A stretch of DNA of 64,000 nucleotides from assembly GCA_964636585.1 (NCBI GenBank), contig CAZWSP010000001.1:17715-81714 (forward strand). Reading direction: 5' to 3'. The notes beneath the pieces are model-generated. The model saw only the letters and a list, made by a program, of their open reading frames with translations, had not been told where the DNA came from and made no database searches. Positions 1 to 8,290 of the stretch are shown here, piece by piece (position 1 is the first letter of the stretch; every line of letters starts with the position of its first letter). Made by a program: the position numbers and the translations under genes. The DNA comes from an uncultured Antarcticibacterium sp. Its GTDB lineage: Bacteria > Bacteroidota > Bacteroidia > Flavobacteriales > Flavobacteriaceae.

Positions 1-1
1 A

Positions 2-958
2 ACTGTTGAGAAACAGGTAGACAGTTTCGTAGATAAATATTTGATCCCTGTTGAAGAAATTTGGCAACCTACAGATCTTCTTCCTAATCTTCAGAGTGAA
101 AATTATATGGAAGAGATCAAACAAATTCGTGAGGAAGCTCAGGAATTAGGTTATGATTTCTGGGTAGTTCTTGTAGCCGATATGGTTACCGAGGAAGCTT
201 TACCTACCTATGAATCTTGGTTGATGGATATGGATGGGGTACAACAACATGGTAGACAAGACGGTTGGTCTAAGTGGATTAGACACTGGACTGGGGAAGA
301 AAATCGTCATGGTGATACCTTGAATAAATATCTTTATCTATCTGGAAGAGTAGATATGAGAGAGATAGAAAAAACCACACAATATCTTATTAGTGATGGT
401 TTTGATATTGGAACAGGACGTGACCCATATAAAAACTTTATTTATACCAGTTTTCAAGAGCTTGCAACTAACATCTCTCACAAAAGAGTTGGGCAGTTAG
501 CTAAGAAAAAAGGAAATAAAATGCTTGCTAAAATGTGTAGCGTTATAGCTGGAGATGAGATGAGACATCATTTAGCGTATAGAGAGTTTGTAAATATCAT
601 TTTTGAACACGATCCAAGTGAAATGATGATCGCTTTTCAAGATATGATGAAAAAGAAAATTGTAATGCCTGCTCAGTTCATAAGAGAATCTGGACAAGGT
701 ATTGCTGAAGCTTTCGAAAACTTCTCGAATGCAGCTCAACGATTAGGCGTTTATACCACCTATGATTATATAGACATCCTAACAAAATTAAATGAATACT
801 GGCAAATAGATAAATACACTTCACTTACAGATGAAGCTGAAAAAGCCCGTGATTATTTAATGGCATTACCAGATAGAATGACACGTATTGCAAGTAGAAT
901 TGCAGTTCCCCAAGATCAACACCAATTTAAGTGGGTTGGAGCAAACGGAATTCTATAG
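2..958 (+). CDS. Soluble di-iron acyl-ACP desaturase (5' end outside window)
   Basis: Frame is open from base 2 (TVEKQVDSFVDKYLIP...). Plant-type stearoyl-ACP desaturase motifs TEEALPTY, WTGEENRHG, YTSFQELAT and DEMRH (two ExxH-type iron-binding motifs). Confidence 0.9.
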   Translation, partial: TVEKQVDSFVDKYLIPVEEIWQPTDLLPNLQSENYMEEIKQIREEAQELGYDFWVVLVADMVTEEALPTYESWLMDMDGVQQHGRQDGWSKWIRHWTGEENRHGDTLNKYLYLSGRVDMREIEKTTQYLISDGFDIGTGRDPYKNFIYTSFQELATNISHKRVGQLAKKKGNKMLAKMCSVIAGDEMRHHLAYREFVNIIFEHDPSEMMIAFQDMMKKKIVMPAQFIRESGQGIAEAFENFSNAAQRLGVYTTYDYIDILTKLNEYWQIDKYTSLTDEAEKARDYLMALPDRMTRIASRIAVPQDQHQFKWVGANGIL

Positions 959-975
959 AACTTATTAAAAAATAT

Positions 976-1012
976 AAAAAGGCTGACTTATTAATTTAAG
1001 TCAGCCTTTTTT
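976..1012. terminator. Bidirectional intrinsic terminator
   Basis: aaaaaggctgactta-ttaatt-taagtcagccttttt, between the convergent desaturase and scoB genes. Confidence 0.85.
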
Positions 1013-1041
1013 CGTTTAGAAAGGTCTATTTAATTAACCTT

Positions 1042-1698
1042 TTATTTCAATTTCATTTCTGGGATATCTCCTTCAACAACTAAAGTTCCTTCTGTAGCCT
1101 TTTTAATATCTTCTACACTTACACCAGGAGCGCGTTCTAATAGTTTAAAACCTTTATCTGTAACTTCTATCACAGCTAATTCTGTTACTATTTTAGTAAC
1201 ACAGCCTACGCCAGTTAATGGTAAGGAGCATCTTTTTAAAAGTTTAGATTCTCCTGCTCTATTGGTATGCATCATTGCAACAATAATATTTTCTGCTGAA
1301 GCTACAAGATCCATAGCGCCACCCATCCCTTTCACCATTTTTCCAGGAATTTTCCAGTTAGCTATATCTCCATTCTCTGCAACTTCCATAGCGCCAAGAA
1401 TAGTTAAATCTACGTGTTTCCCGCGAATCATTCCAAAGCTCATTGCCGAATCGAAAAAACTAGCGCCTGGTAAGGCTGTAATGGTTTGTTTTCCTGCATT
1501 AATAAGATCGGCATCTTCTTCTCCATCAAAAGGAAATGGACCCATCCCTAATATTCCGTTCTCACTCTGAAATTCAACATTTATATCGTCTCTTACAAAG
1601 TTTGCTACTAAAGTTGGAATTCCAATTCCAAGGTTTACATAATAGCCATCTTGAACTTCCTGAGCAATTCGTTGTGCAATTCCGTTTTTATCTAACAT
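1042..1698 (-). CDS. scoB: 3-oxoacid CoA-transferase subunit B
   Basis: VNLGIGIPT, QSENG (active-site Glu), GMGGAMDL. Start reassigned to MLDKNG at 1698. Confidence 0.93.
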   Translation of the reverse strand: MLDKNGIAQRIAQEVQDGYYVNLGIGIPTLVANFVRDDINVEFQSENGILGMGPFPFDGEEDADLINAGKQTITALPGASFFDSAMSFGMIRGKHVDLTILGAMEVAENGDIANWKIPGKMVKGMGGAMDLVASAENIIVAMMHTNRAGESKLLKRCSLPLTGVGCVTKIVTELAVIEVTDKGFKLLERAPGVSVEDIKKATEGTLVVEGDIPEMKLK

Positions 1699-1702
1699 AA
1701 TA

Positions 1703-1737
1703 ATGTGTTGATTTGAATATGTGTTGATTTGAAAATT
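1703..1737. repeat. 16-bp-period tandem repeat (atgtgttgatttgaa x2)
   Basis: Copies at 1703-1717 and 1719-1733. The second copy extends to gttgatttgaaaatt, an imperfect inverted repeat of 1900-1914. Confidence 0.7.
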
Positions 1738-1782
1738 ATCTTGTCTTTGCAAAACTCATAATTTCCGATATAATACTTTTGT

Positions 1783-1864
1783 CGTCACCCTGAATTTATT
1801 TCAGGGTCTATATATAACATCTATTTAAAGAATTATTAGATTCTGAAACAAGTTCAGAATGACG
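1783..1864. repeat. Inverted pair of GTCA-type palindromic (REP-like) units
   Basis: cgtcaccctgaatttatttcagggtcta (1783-1810) and tagattctgaaacaagttcagaatgacg (1837-1864). Each is self-complementary and the two are inverted relative to each other. Confidence 0.8.
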
Positions 1865-1925
1865 TCTCCTAATGAACTAAAAAAAAATTACGTAAAATCA
1901 ATTTTCAAATTAGCTAATCATAAAA

Positions 1926-2624
1926 TTATTTTTGTCTCACAGTTCGTTGTTCAATTCTCTTTTCATAATCCTTCCCTTCAAAAATACGCTGAACAAATAT
2001 TCCTGGAATATGAATTTCATTAGGATCCAACTCTCCCGGTTTCACAAGTTCTTCAACTTCAGCAACAGTAATAGTTGCAGCTCCACACATAAGCGGATTA
2101 AAATTACGAGCTGTTCCTTTAAAAATAAGATTCCCCGCTTCATCCCCTTTCCACGCTTTTACAAAAGCGAAGTCGGCTTTATAGGCATGTTCTAAAACAT
2201 ACATTTTCCCATCAAATTCTCTGGTCTCTTTTCCTTCTGCTACTTCGGTTCCATATCCAGCTGGAGTAAAAATTGCTGGAAAACCTTGTTGAGCTGCCTG
2301 ACATTTAGCTGCCAAGGTTCCTTGTGGTGTAAGTTCTACATCTAATTCTCCGCTAAGCATTTGTCTTTCGAACTCGGCGTTTTCACCTACATAAGAAGAG
2401 ATCATTTTTTTTATTTGCTTTTTCTGAAGCAGTAAACCCAAACCAAAATCGTCTACTCCAGCATTGTTTGAAATACAGGTTAGATCTTTAAGGTCTAATT
2501 TTACAAGTTCTGTGATTGCATTCTCTGGAATTCCGCTAAGTCCAAATCCACCTAGCATCATTGTCATCCCATCCTTTACACCTTCTACGGCTTCTTGAAC
2601 GTTCTTTACAGTTTTTTTGATCAT
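1926..2624 (-). CDS. scoA: 3-oxoacid CoA-transferase subunit A
   Basis: [43 protein letters not shown]. Confidence 0.93.
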   Translation of the reverse strand: MIKKTVKNVQEAVEGVKDGMTMMLGGFGLSGIPENAITELVKLDLKDLTCISNNAGVDDFGLGLLLQKKQIKKMISSYVGENAEFERQMLSGELDVELTPQGTLAAKCQAAQQGFPAIFTPAGYGTEVAEGKETREFDGKMYVLEHAYKADFAFVKAWKGDEAGNLIFKGTARNFNPLMCGAATITVAEVEELVKPGELDPNEIHIPGIFVQRIFEGKDYEKRIEQRTVRQK

Positions 2625-2731
2625 TGAAATTTCATTTCGGGAAATTTACAAAAAGTTTGTACTTACTACAACGATTTCAATCAACCAATTTATAGAAACA
2701 TCCCAGAAATAGGAATCTTTATTTTTTCAGC

Positions 2732-2773
2732 AAAAAAAAGATCGAGCGCTAAATGAATCTAGCGCTCGATCTT
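2732..2773 (-). terminator. Intrinsic terminator after PBP1A
   Basis: Stem aagatcgagcgcta/tagcgctcgatctt, followed by a U-run on the minus strand. Confidence 0.85.
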
Positions 2774-2797
2774 ATAAAATTTATATTCCAGAAGTTC

Positions 2798-5119
2798 TTA
2801 AAATTCTAACTCGTCCGGAATGGTTTCTGAATTATTACTGCTGCGCTTATAGGTAGCACAATTAGTTTCTATAGATAAATTCTCTGGTCTCGTAAATTCT
2901 CCACTACTAACACCAAGATCTTTTTCTGAATACACATCTTTCATAAACATACCCCAAATTGGTAAAGCCATAGTAGCTCCTTGGCCATATTGGATCCCGG
3001 GGAAATGTACGGCACGATCTTCACCACCAACCCAAACTCCGGTCACTAAATTAGGAACCATCCCCATGAACCAACCATCACTTTGATTTTGAGTAGTTCC
3101 TGTTTTACCAGCTATCGGATTCTTAAAGTCGTATGGATAACCCGTCATGGCATTTTTATAGAATTCGTTGTTTACTCCCCAATTCCCTCTTAATCTGGTA
3201 CCTGTTCCAAACTGTGTAACTCCCTCCATAAGATTCACGGTTACATAAGCAGTTTCCTTGCTTAAAACATCTTTGGTATCTGGCACATGCTGATACAGTA
3301 CCGTACCATTCTTGTCTTCAATTCTATTTACGATAACAGGTTTTACATAAACTCCTTCGTTTGCAAAGGTGCTGTATGCCGAAACCATCTCGAACAAGCT
3401 CATATCTGCCGTTCCTAATGCAATAGATGGCACTGCAGGAATGTCTTTAGTTTCTACTCCTAATTTCTTTAAAAGCTCTATCACAGGTCTTGGTCCAGTT
3501 TGAGCGATCAATCTTGCTGAAATTGTATTTACAGAATTTGCAAGTGCGCTCTTAAGCGTCATCATCCCATCGTACTTATTATCACTATTTGCCGGAGACC
3601 AGTCGCTTTGCGCGCCCATTTTTCCCGCTTCAATAGTAAAATGATTTCTAGGTAATGTATCACAAGGAGATAATTTTAATTGCTCTATTGCTGTAGCATA
3701 AACAAATGGCTTAAAAGTAGAACCCACTTGCCTTCTTGCTTGCTTAACATGTTCATATTTAAAGCTCTTAAAATCTATTCCACCAACCCAAGCTTTTACC
3801 TCTCCGGTTTGCGGCGTCATAGACATCATTCCTGCTTGCAAGAAAGACTTATAGTATAAGATAGAATCTCTAGGCGTCATCACAGTATCTTTAGTTCCTT
3901 GCCAACTAAAGACACGCATTTCTGTTTTTACATCGAAAGATTTTAAGATCTCTTCTTTCGATTTGCCTTGTGCTTCCATTTTATGCCATCTTTCTGAAAC
4001 TCTCATTGCATTTTTCATGATCGCAGCAACCTCATCATCATTAATGTCTCTAAAAGGAGCATTTTTATTGTTTCTGTTTTGTCTGTCTAATTCTTTCTGA
4101 AGATTAGAAACGTGTTTAGTTACCGCTTTTTCAGCAAATTCCTGCATTCTGGAATCTATGCTGGTATAGATACGTAAACCATCTCTATAAATATTATAAC
4201 TGGAACCGTCTGGTTTCGGATTTTTTTCGATCCAATCTTTCATGAATCCCTGAAGATACACTCTAAAATAAGTCGCAATTCCTTCGTCATGCCCTTGCGG
4301 GGTAAATGTGATCTTCATTGGAAGTTGTTGCAACGAATCTTTTTCTTCCCTGGTTAGAAATCCGTTCTTTTCCATTTGTTTGAACACCTGATTTCTTCGT
4401 TGCTCCACAAGTTCTGGTCTTCTAACCGGATTGTAAAGTGCGGAATTCTTAAGCATTGCAACCAATACTGCAGACTCTTCCAATTTTAAGTCTTTTGCTT
4501 CTTTATTGAAATAGATCTTTGAAGCAGAGCGAATACCAACAGCCTGATAGATAAAATCGTACTTATTAAAGTACATGGTAATTATCTCTTCTTTGGTATA
4601 CTGGCGTTCTAGTCTAATAGCGATGATGTATTCTTTAAACTTTTGCATCACCCTTCCCACAAAGTTCTGGGAAACATCTTGTGTAAATAAGAGTTTTGCT
4701 AACTGCTGAGTAATGGTACTTGCACCACCTTTCGAACCTAAATAAATAGCTGCTCTTAAGGTTCCTTGCGCATCTATTCCTGAATGCTGATAATAACGCT
4801 CATCTTCTGTAGCAACTAAAGCTTCTATTAATTGATCTGGAAGATCTTCATACTTAATGGGTGTTCTATTCTCGCTGTAATATTTCCCCAAAGTCTCTCC
4901 ATCTGAAGAAAAGATCTCTGTCGCTAAATTGGTTTCTGGATTTTCTAATTCTTCAAATTTTGGCATTTTACCAAAAGCTCCCCATCCGGCAAGCAAGAAT
5001 AGCAGAATAAAGGCTAAAATTCCAGCGCCAAAAAGGGTCCAGAATCCAATAATATATTTCCTGAAGCTCGAATTGTCCTTAGAGTTTTTGGAAGTTGTCT
5101 TTTTTGAAGGGTTTGCCAT
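2798..5119 (-). CDS. mrcA: Class A penicillin-binding protein 1A (transglycosylase/transpeptidase)
   Basis: N-terminal TM helix; TGase motifs EDERY.H.G and GASTITQQLAK; TPase motifs STFK, SVN, KTGT. Confidence 0.92.
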   Translation of the reverse strand: MANPSKKTTSKNSKDNSSFRKYIIGFWTLFGAGILAFILLFLLAGWGAFGKMPKFEELENPETNLATEIFSSDGETLGKYYSENRTPIKYEDLPDQLIEALVATEDERYYQHSGIDAQGTLRAAIYLGSKGGASTITQQLAKLLFTQDVSQNFVGRVMQKFKEYIIAIRLERQYTKEEIITMYFNKYDFIYQAVGIRSASKIYFNKEAKDLKLEESAVLVAMLKNSALYNPVRRPELVEQRRNQVFKQMEKNGFLTREEKDSLQQLPMKITFTPQGHDEGIATYFRVYLQGFMKDWIEKNPKPDGSSYNIYRDGLRIYTSIDSRMQEFAEKAVTKHVSNLQKELDRQNRNNKNAPFRDINDDEVAAIMKNAMRVSERWHKMEAQGKSKEEILKSFDVKTEMRVFSWQGTKDTVMTPRDSILYYKSFLQAGMMSMTPQTGEVKAWVGGIDFKSFKYEHVKQARRQVGSTFKPFVYATAIEQLKLSPCDTLPRNHFTIEAGKMGAQSDWSPANSDNKYDGMMTLKSALANSVNTISARLIAQTGPRPVIELLKKLGVETKDIPAVPSIALGTADMSLFEMVSAYSTFANEGVYVKPVIVNRIEDKNGTVLYQHVPDTKDVLSKETAYVTVNLMEGVTQFGTGTRLRGNWGVNNEFYKNAMTGYPYDFKNPIAGKTGTTQNQSDGWFMGMVPNLVTGVWVGGEDRAVHFPGIQYGQGATMALPIWGMFMKDVYSEKDLGVSSGEFTRPENLSIETNCATYKRSSNNSETIPDELEF

Positions 5120-5132
5120 GGGTGCCATTAAA

Positions 5133-5618
5133 TTATTTGGGAGTTTTTTCTATTCTAAAACCAACTTCAGAAATACCTCCAAGATTTTCTATACCATCTT
5201 CGCTACCATTTTTTCTCATGGCTTGCTGGATGGAAACTTTGTATTCTCCAGACTCTGGAAACATTACATGCTCTTTGTACCAAAGCTTGCTTTCTTTTAT
5301 ATCGCCAAAGCCGGTTCCCAACCATTTTCCATCGGGCGCAGCCATTTCATATTCCAATGTATCAGTAATAACTTTTCCTTGTGGAAACTGAATTTCGGCA
5401 ATAAGAAATAGGTTGCTAAAAGCAAAATCGGCATTATTTCTCACGTTTATGAACAAGTTATAATTCTTTAAAGAATCTATATTTTGAAGATTAAACGTTA
5501 AAACAGAATCTTTATTCCATTGATTAGGCAGACTTTTATATTCGTCGAACACCCTGTCGGAATCACAAGCTATAAAAACCATAGCTAGAGTTAAGATTAA
5601 AAAAAACGATCTAGGCAT
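5133..5618 (-). CDS. gldH: Gliding motility lipoprotein GldH
   Basis: Lipobox FIAC; RNNADFAFSNLFLI, DTLEYEMA..DGKWLG.G, QAMR; typical PSP1-gldH-PBP1A gene order. Start set to ATG 5618. Confidence 0.88.
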   Translation of the reverse strand: MPRSFFLILTLAMVFIACDSDRVFDEYKSLPNQWNKDSVLTFNLQNIDSLKNYNLFINVRNNADFAFSNLFLIAEIQFPQGKVITDTLEYEMAAPDGKWLGTGFGDIKESKLWYKEHVMFPESGEYKVSIQQAMRKNGSEDGIENLGGISEVGFRIEKTPK

Positions 5619-6774
5619 TGTTAGATGGCTTACCTTTTTTACGCTTGTTCTTTCTGCGTTTTTTAGTATTAGTTTTTGGAGTGTCAAATCTTGTTAAACT
5701 ATCCTGACCAACAACATTGGCATAATCTGTTTTAGATTTGCTCTCTACTTCAGCAAAAACCTCATATTCTTCTAAACTACCAATTGGTTCTTTATCGATA
5801 TTGGCTTTTACAATTTTTGAAGCTTGTTCTGCCGTTAATTTATGCCAGTTCATCCATTCACCTTCATAAGCATACCAAAGCACCCCTTGAAAAATATCTA
5901 TTTTCTGGCAAACTGCAGTTCCCTTTTTGGTGTATAATTTAGTTTCCGTCTTAGGAAAGGCTTTTAAAGCATCTAAATACGTATCTAATTCATAATTCAA
6001 ACAACACTTCAATTTACCGCACTGTCCCGCTAATTTTTGCGGATTAAGCGATAATTGCTGATATCTTGCTGCTGAAGTATTTACAGATCTAAAATCTGTT
6101 AACCAGGTAGAACAACACAATTCACGGCCACAAGAACCAATACCTCCAAGCCTTGCAGCTTCTTGGCGAAATCCGATTTGGCGCATTTCTATACGTGTGT
6201 TGAATTCTCTAGCAAATTCTTTAATAAGTTGGCGAAAATCTACTCGTTCTTCTGCAGTATAATAAAAAGTGGCTTTAGAACCATCTCCTTGAAACTCGAT
6301 ATCACTAATTTTCATGCTAAGCTGAAGCCTAATTGCGATCTCTCTTGCACGAACCTTCATTTTATCTTCACGATCTCTAACTTCTTGCCAGATATCGATA
6401 TCTCTTTGTGAAGCTTTTCTGTAGATCTTAAGTACTTCTTCGCTGTCTTCTTTTACTTTTTTCTTTTTCATCTGAACTCTTACCAATTCGCCGGTAAGTG
6501 TTACTACTCCAACATCGTGTCCTGGGGAAGCTTCTGTAGCTACCACATCTCCAATGCTTAATGTTAAATTTTCTGGATTATGAAAGAACTGTTTTCTACC
6601 ATTTTTGAAGCGAGCTTCTACGCAATTAAATGGCTCTACTCCGTTTGGTAAAGTCATGTTTGCAAGCCAATCAAAAACAGTTAATTTATTACAACCATCG
6701 GAACCACAGGTTCCGTTATTTTTACAACCTTTAGGCTGACCGTCTTTGCCGGTCGAGCAACTAGTACATCCCAT
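5611..6774 (-). CDS. PSP1-domain RicT/YaaT-family protein
   Basis: RVDFRQLIK, RIEMRQIG.R.EA..LGGIG.CGRELCC, KLAGQCGKLKCCLNYE; extra Cys-rich N-terminus. Confidence 0.88.
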   Translation of the reverse strand: MGCTSCSTGKDGQPKGCKNNGTCGSDGCNKLTVFDWLANMTLPNGVEPFNCVEARFKNGRKQFFHNPENLTLSIGDVVATEASPGHDVGVVTLTGELVRVQMKKKKVKEDSEEVLKIYRKASQRDIDIWQEVRDREDKMKVRAREIAIRLQLSMKISDIEFQGDGSKATFYYTAEERVDFRQLIKEFAREFNTRIEMRQIGFRQEAARLGGIGSCGRELCCSTWLTDFRSVNTSAARYQQLSLNPQKLAGQCGKLKCCLNYELDTYLDALKAFPKTETKLYTKKGTAVCQKIDIFQGVLWYAYEGEWMNWHKLTAEQASKIVKANIDKEPIGSLEEYEVFAEVESKSKTDYANVVGQDSLTRFDTPKTNTKKRRKNKRKKGKPSNNA

Positions 6775-6890
6775 ATTATATATGTTGAAACCCTAACAGG
6801 ACTGCTCCCGCTGGATTTGGAGTTATTATTAATTCTCAAAAAGTAAATATACCAATATTTATTGGTACCGTTGGATTTCACCCAGATTAC

Positions 6891-7922
6891 TTAGTGCTTG
6901 TATTTAAGCACCTCAGACCTACCTTTTTTAAAGATCTTATTACTATTTGGAATTCCTTTTCTTAATTCTTTTTGCTCTTCAAAAGGCAAAGCATTTATCT
7001 CTTTACACGTGGCAGAGCAACAGCTATCCATTGCTTTTGAACAGTCTTCACACTGAATAAACAACAAGTGACAGGCTTCATTAGCGCAGTTTACGTGAGT
7101 ATCACAAGACTTTCCGCATTGGTGACAATGAGAGATCACTTCATCTGTAATTCGCTCTCCACGTCTATGATCGAAAACAAAGTTCTTACCAACAAATTTG
7201 TTCTCTAATTGTAAATTTTCTACTTGTCGGGCATATTCTATAATTCCGCCTTCCAATTGAAAAACATTTTTAAATCCCTTATGTTTATAATAAGCACTTG
7301 CCTTTTCACAGCGAATTCCTCCGGTACAATACATCACCAAATTCTTATCTTCTTTATGCTCTTTCAGGTCTTCTTCAATAATGGGCAAAGAGTCTCTAAA
7401 AGTATCTACATCTGGAGTAATAGCCCCTTTAAAATGTCCTATTTCACTTTCATAATGATTACGCATATCCACCAAAATAGTGTTTGGATCATTCAGCAGT
7501 GCATTAAATCTTTCAGCATCCACGTGAATTCCTTTATTGGTCACATCAAAAGTTTCATCTTCCAGACCATCGGCAACTATCTTATCTCTCACCTTTACTT
7601 TTAACTTTAAAAATGATTTAAGATCGTGTTCAATAGCAATATTCAAACGAATATTTTCAAGAAAATAGATGCTGTCTAAAAATGATTTAAACTCGTCGAA
7701 TTTTTTTGCTGGAACAGAAAGTTGCGCATTTATACCTTCATGAGCAATATAGATGCGGCCAAGGACTTCCATAGCGTCCCAACCTATATATAGATAATTT
7801 CTGAATAATTTTGGATTGCCAATTTTGGCGTAGGCGTAAAAAGAAAGTGTTAACCGATCTTCACCGGCTTCCTCGATAAGAGCTGCTCTTTCCTTTGCGC
7901 TTAATTTATTGTACAGTTGCAT
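6891..7922 (-). CDS. trhO: Oxygen-dependent tRNA U34 hydroxylase (YceA/TrhO, rhodanese domain)
   Basis: GRIYIAHEGINAQ, DMRNHYESEIGHF, YCTGGIRCEKAS, QLEGGI, NFVFD.R and a C-terminal Cys cluster. Confidence 0.9.
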   Translation of the reverse strand: MQLYNKLSAKERAALIEEAGEDRLTLSFYAYAKIGNPKLFRNYLYIGWDAMEVLGRIYIAHEGINAQLSVPAKKFDEFKSFLDSIYFLENIRLNIAIEHDLKSFLKLKVKVRDKIVADGLEDETFDVTNKGIHVDAERFNALLNDPNTILVDMRNHYESEIGHFKGAITPDVDTFRDSLPIIEEDLKEHKEDKNLVMYCTGGIRCEKASAYYKHKGFKNVFQLEGGIIEYARQVENLQLENKFVGKNFVFDHRRGERITDEVISHCHQCGKSCDTHVNCANEACHLLFIQCEDCSKAMDSCCSATCKEINALPFEEQKELRKGIPNSNKIFKKGRSEVLKYKH

Positions 7923-7955
7923 GCTATACCAATTTTAAGGTTCAAAGAATTTTTG

Positions 7956-7963
7956 CAAAGATA
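7956..7963 (-). promoter_or_regulatory. Bacteroidota housekeeping -7 box (TAtcTTTG) for trhO
   Basis: Matches TAnnTTTG about 34 nt upstream of the ATG. Confidence 0.65.
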
Positions 7964-7980
7964 AAGCTTTAAATGAAAGC

Positions 7981-8022
7981 AAAAAAAAATGCCTTGAACT
8001 TTCAGTTCTAAAGGCATTTTTT
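7981..8022 (-). terminator. Orphan intrinsic terminator in the divergent trhO-recA spacer
   Basis: Minus strand reads AAAAAAUGCCUU-UA-GAACU-GAA-AGUUC-AAGGCAUUUUUUUUU. No listed ORF ends here. Confidence 0.75.
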
Positions 8023-8192
8023 CTGAATAGCTAATTCGTTATTTAATTATTTTAAAAATTTCCTTAAAACAATTTGATAACGTTAGTCTCCATCAACTCT
8101 AATACTACAGGCCTTGAGGATCGTGGTATTAGAATTAATTCCATTCAAGAGTAAACTAATTTTTATAAAACACATACTAATAGGTTTTACTA
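7981..8192 (-). ncRNA. Candidate ECF-sigma-dependent small RNA or small-ORF transcript
   Basis: Bounded by a putative ECF promoter (8199-8226) and a terminator (7981-8022), with an internal hairpin at 8098-8133. Inference only. Confidence 0.45.
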
Positions 8193-8198
8193 AAAATA

Positions 8199-8226
8199 AG
8201 ATGCTTTAAGCTAAAAAAGGTTGCGT
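8199..8226 (-). promoter_or_regulatory. Putative ECF sigma promoter, copy 2 (ACGCAACC-N14-GCATCT)
   Basis: Same two boxes and same 14-nt spacer length as the motif at 9364-9391. Confidence 0.7.
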
Positions 8227-8290
8227 GTTAAAATTGTCATGCAGCAAAACTTATACTATTTTAGCAGCACGCATTTAAAAAGTTAGAAAA

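Noticed and set aside
2667-2680. LacI-like operator upstream of scoA (tacaacgatttca)
   Set aside because: Only a half-match to TGNAANCGNTTNCA, and no regulator gene is nearby.
6681-6881. 66-aa minus-strand ORF overlapping the ricT start
   Set aside because: Out-of-frame overlap with ricT, and it spans the likely promoter and leader.
8130-8290. SOS/LexA box upstream of recA
   Set aside because: No convincing palindrome matching an SOS motif I recognise; only AT-rich near-matches.
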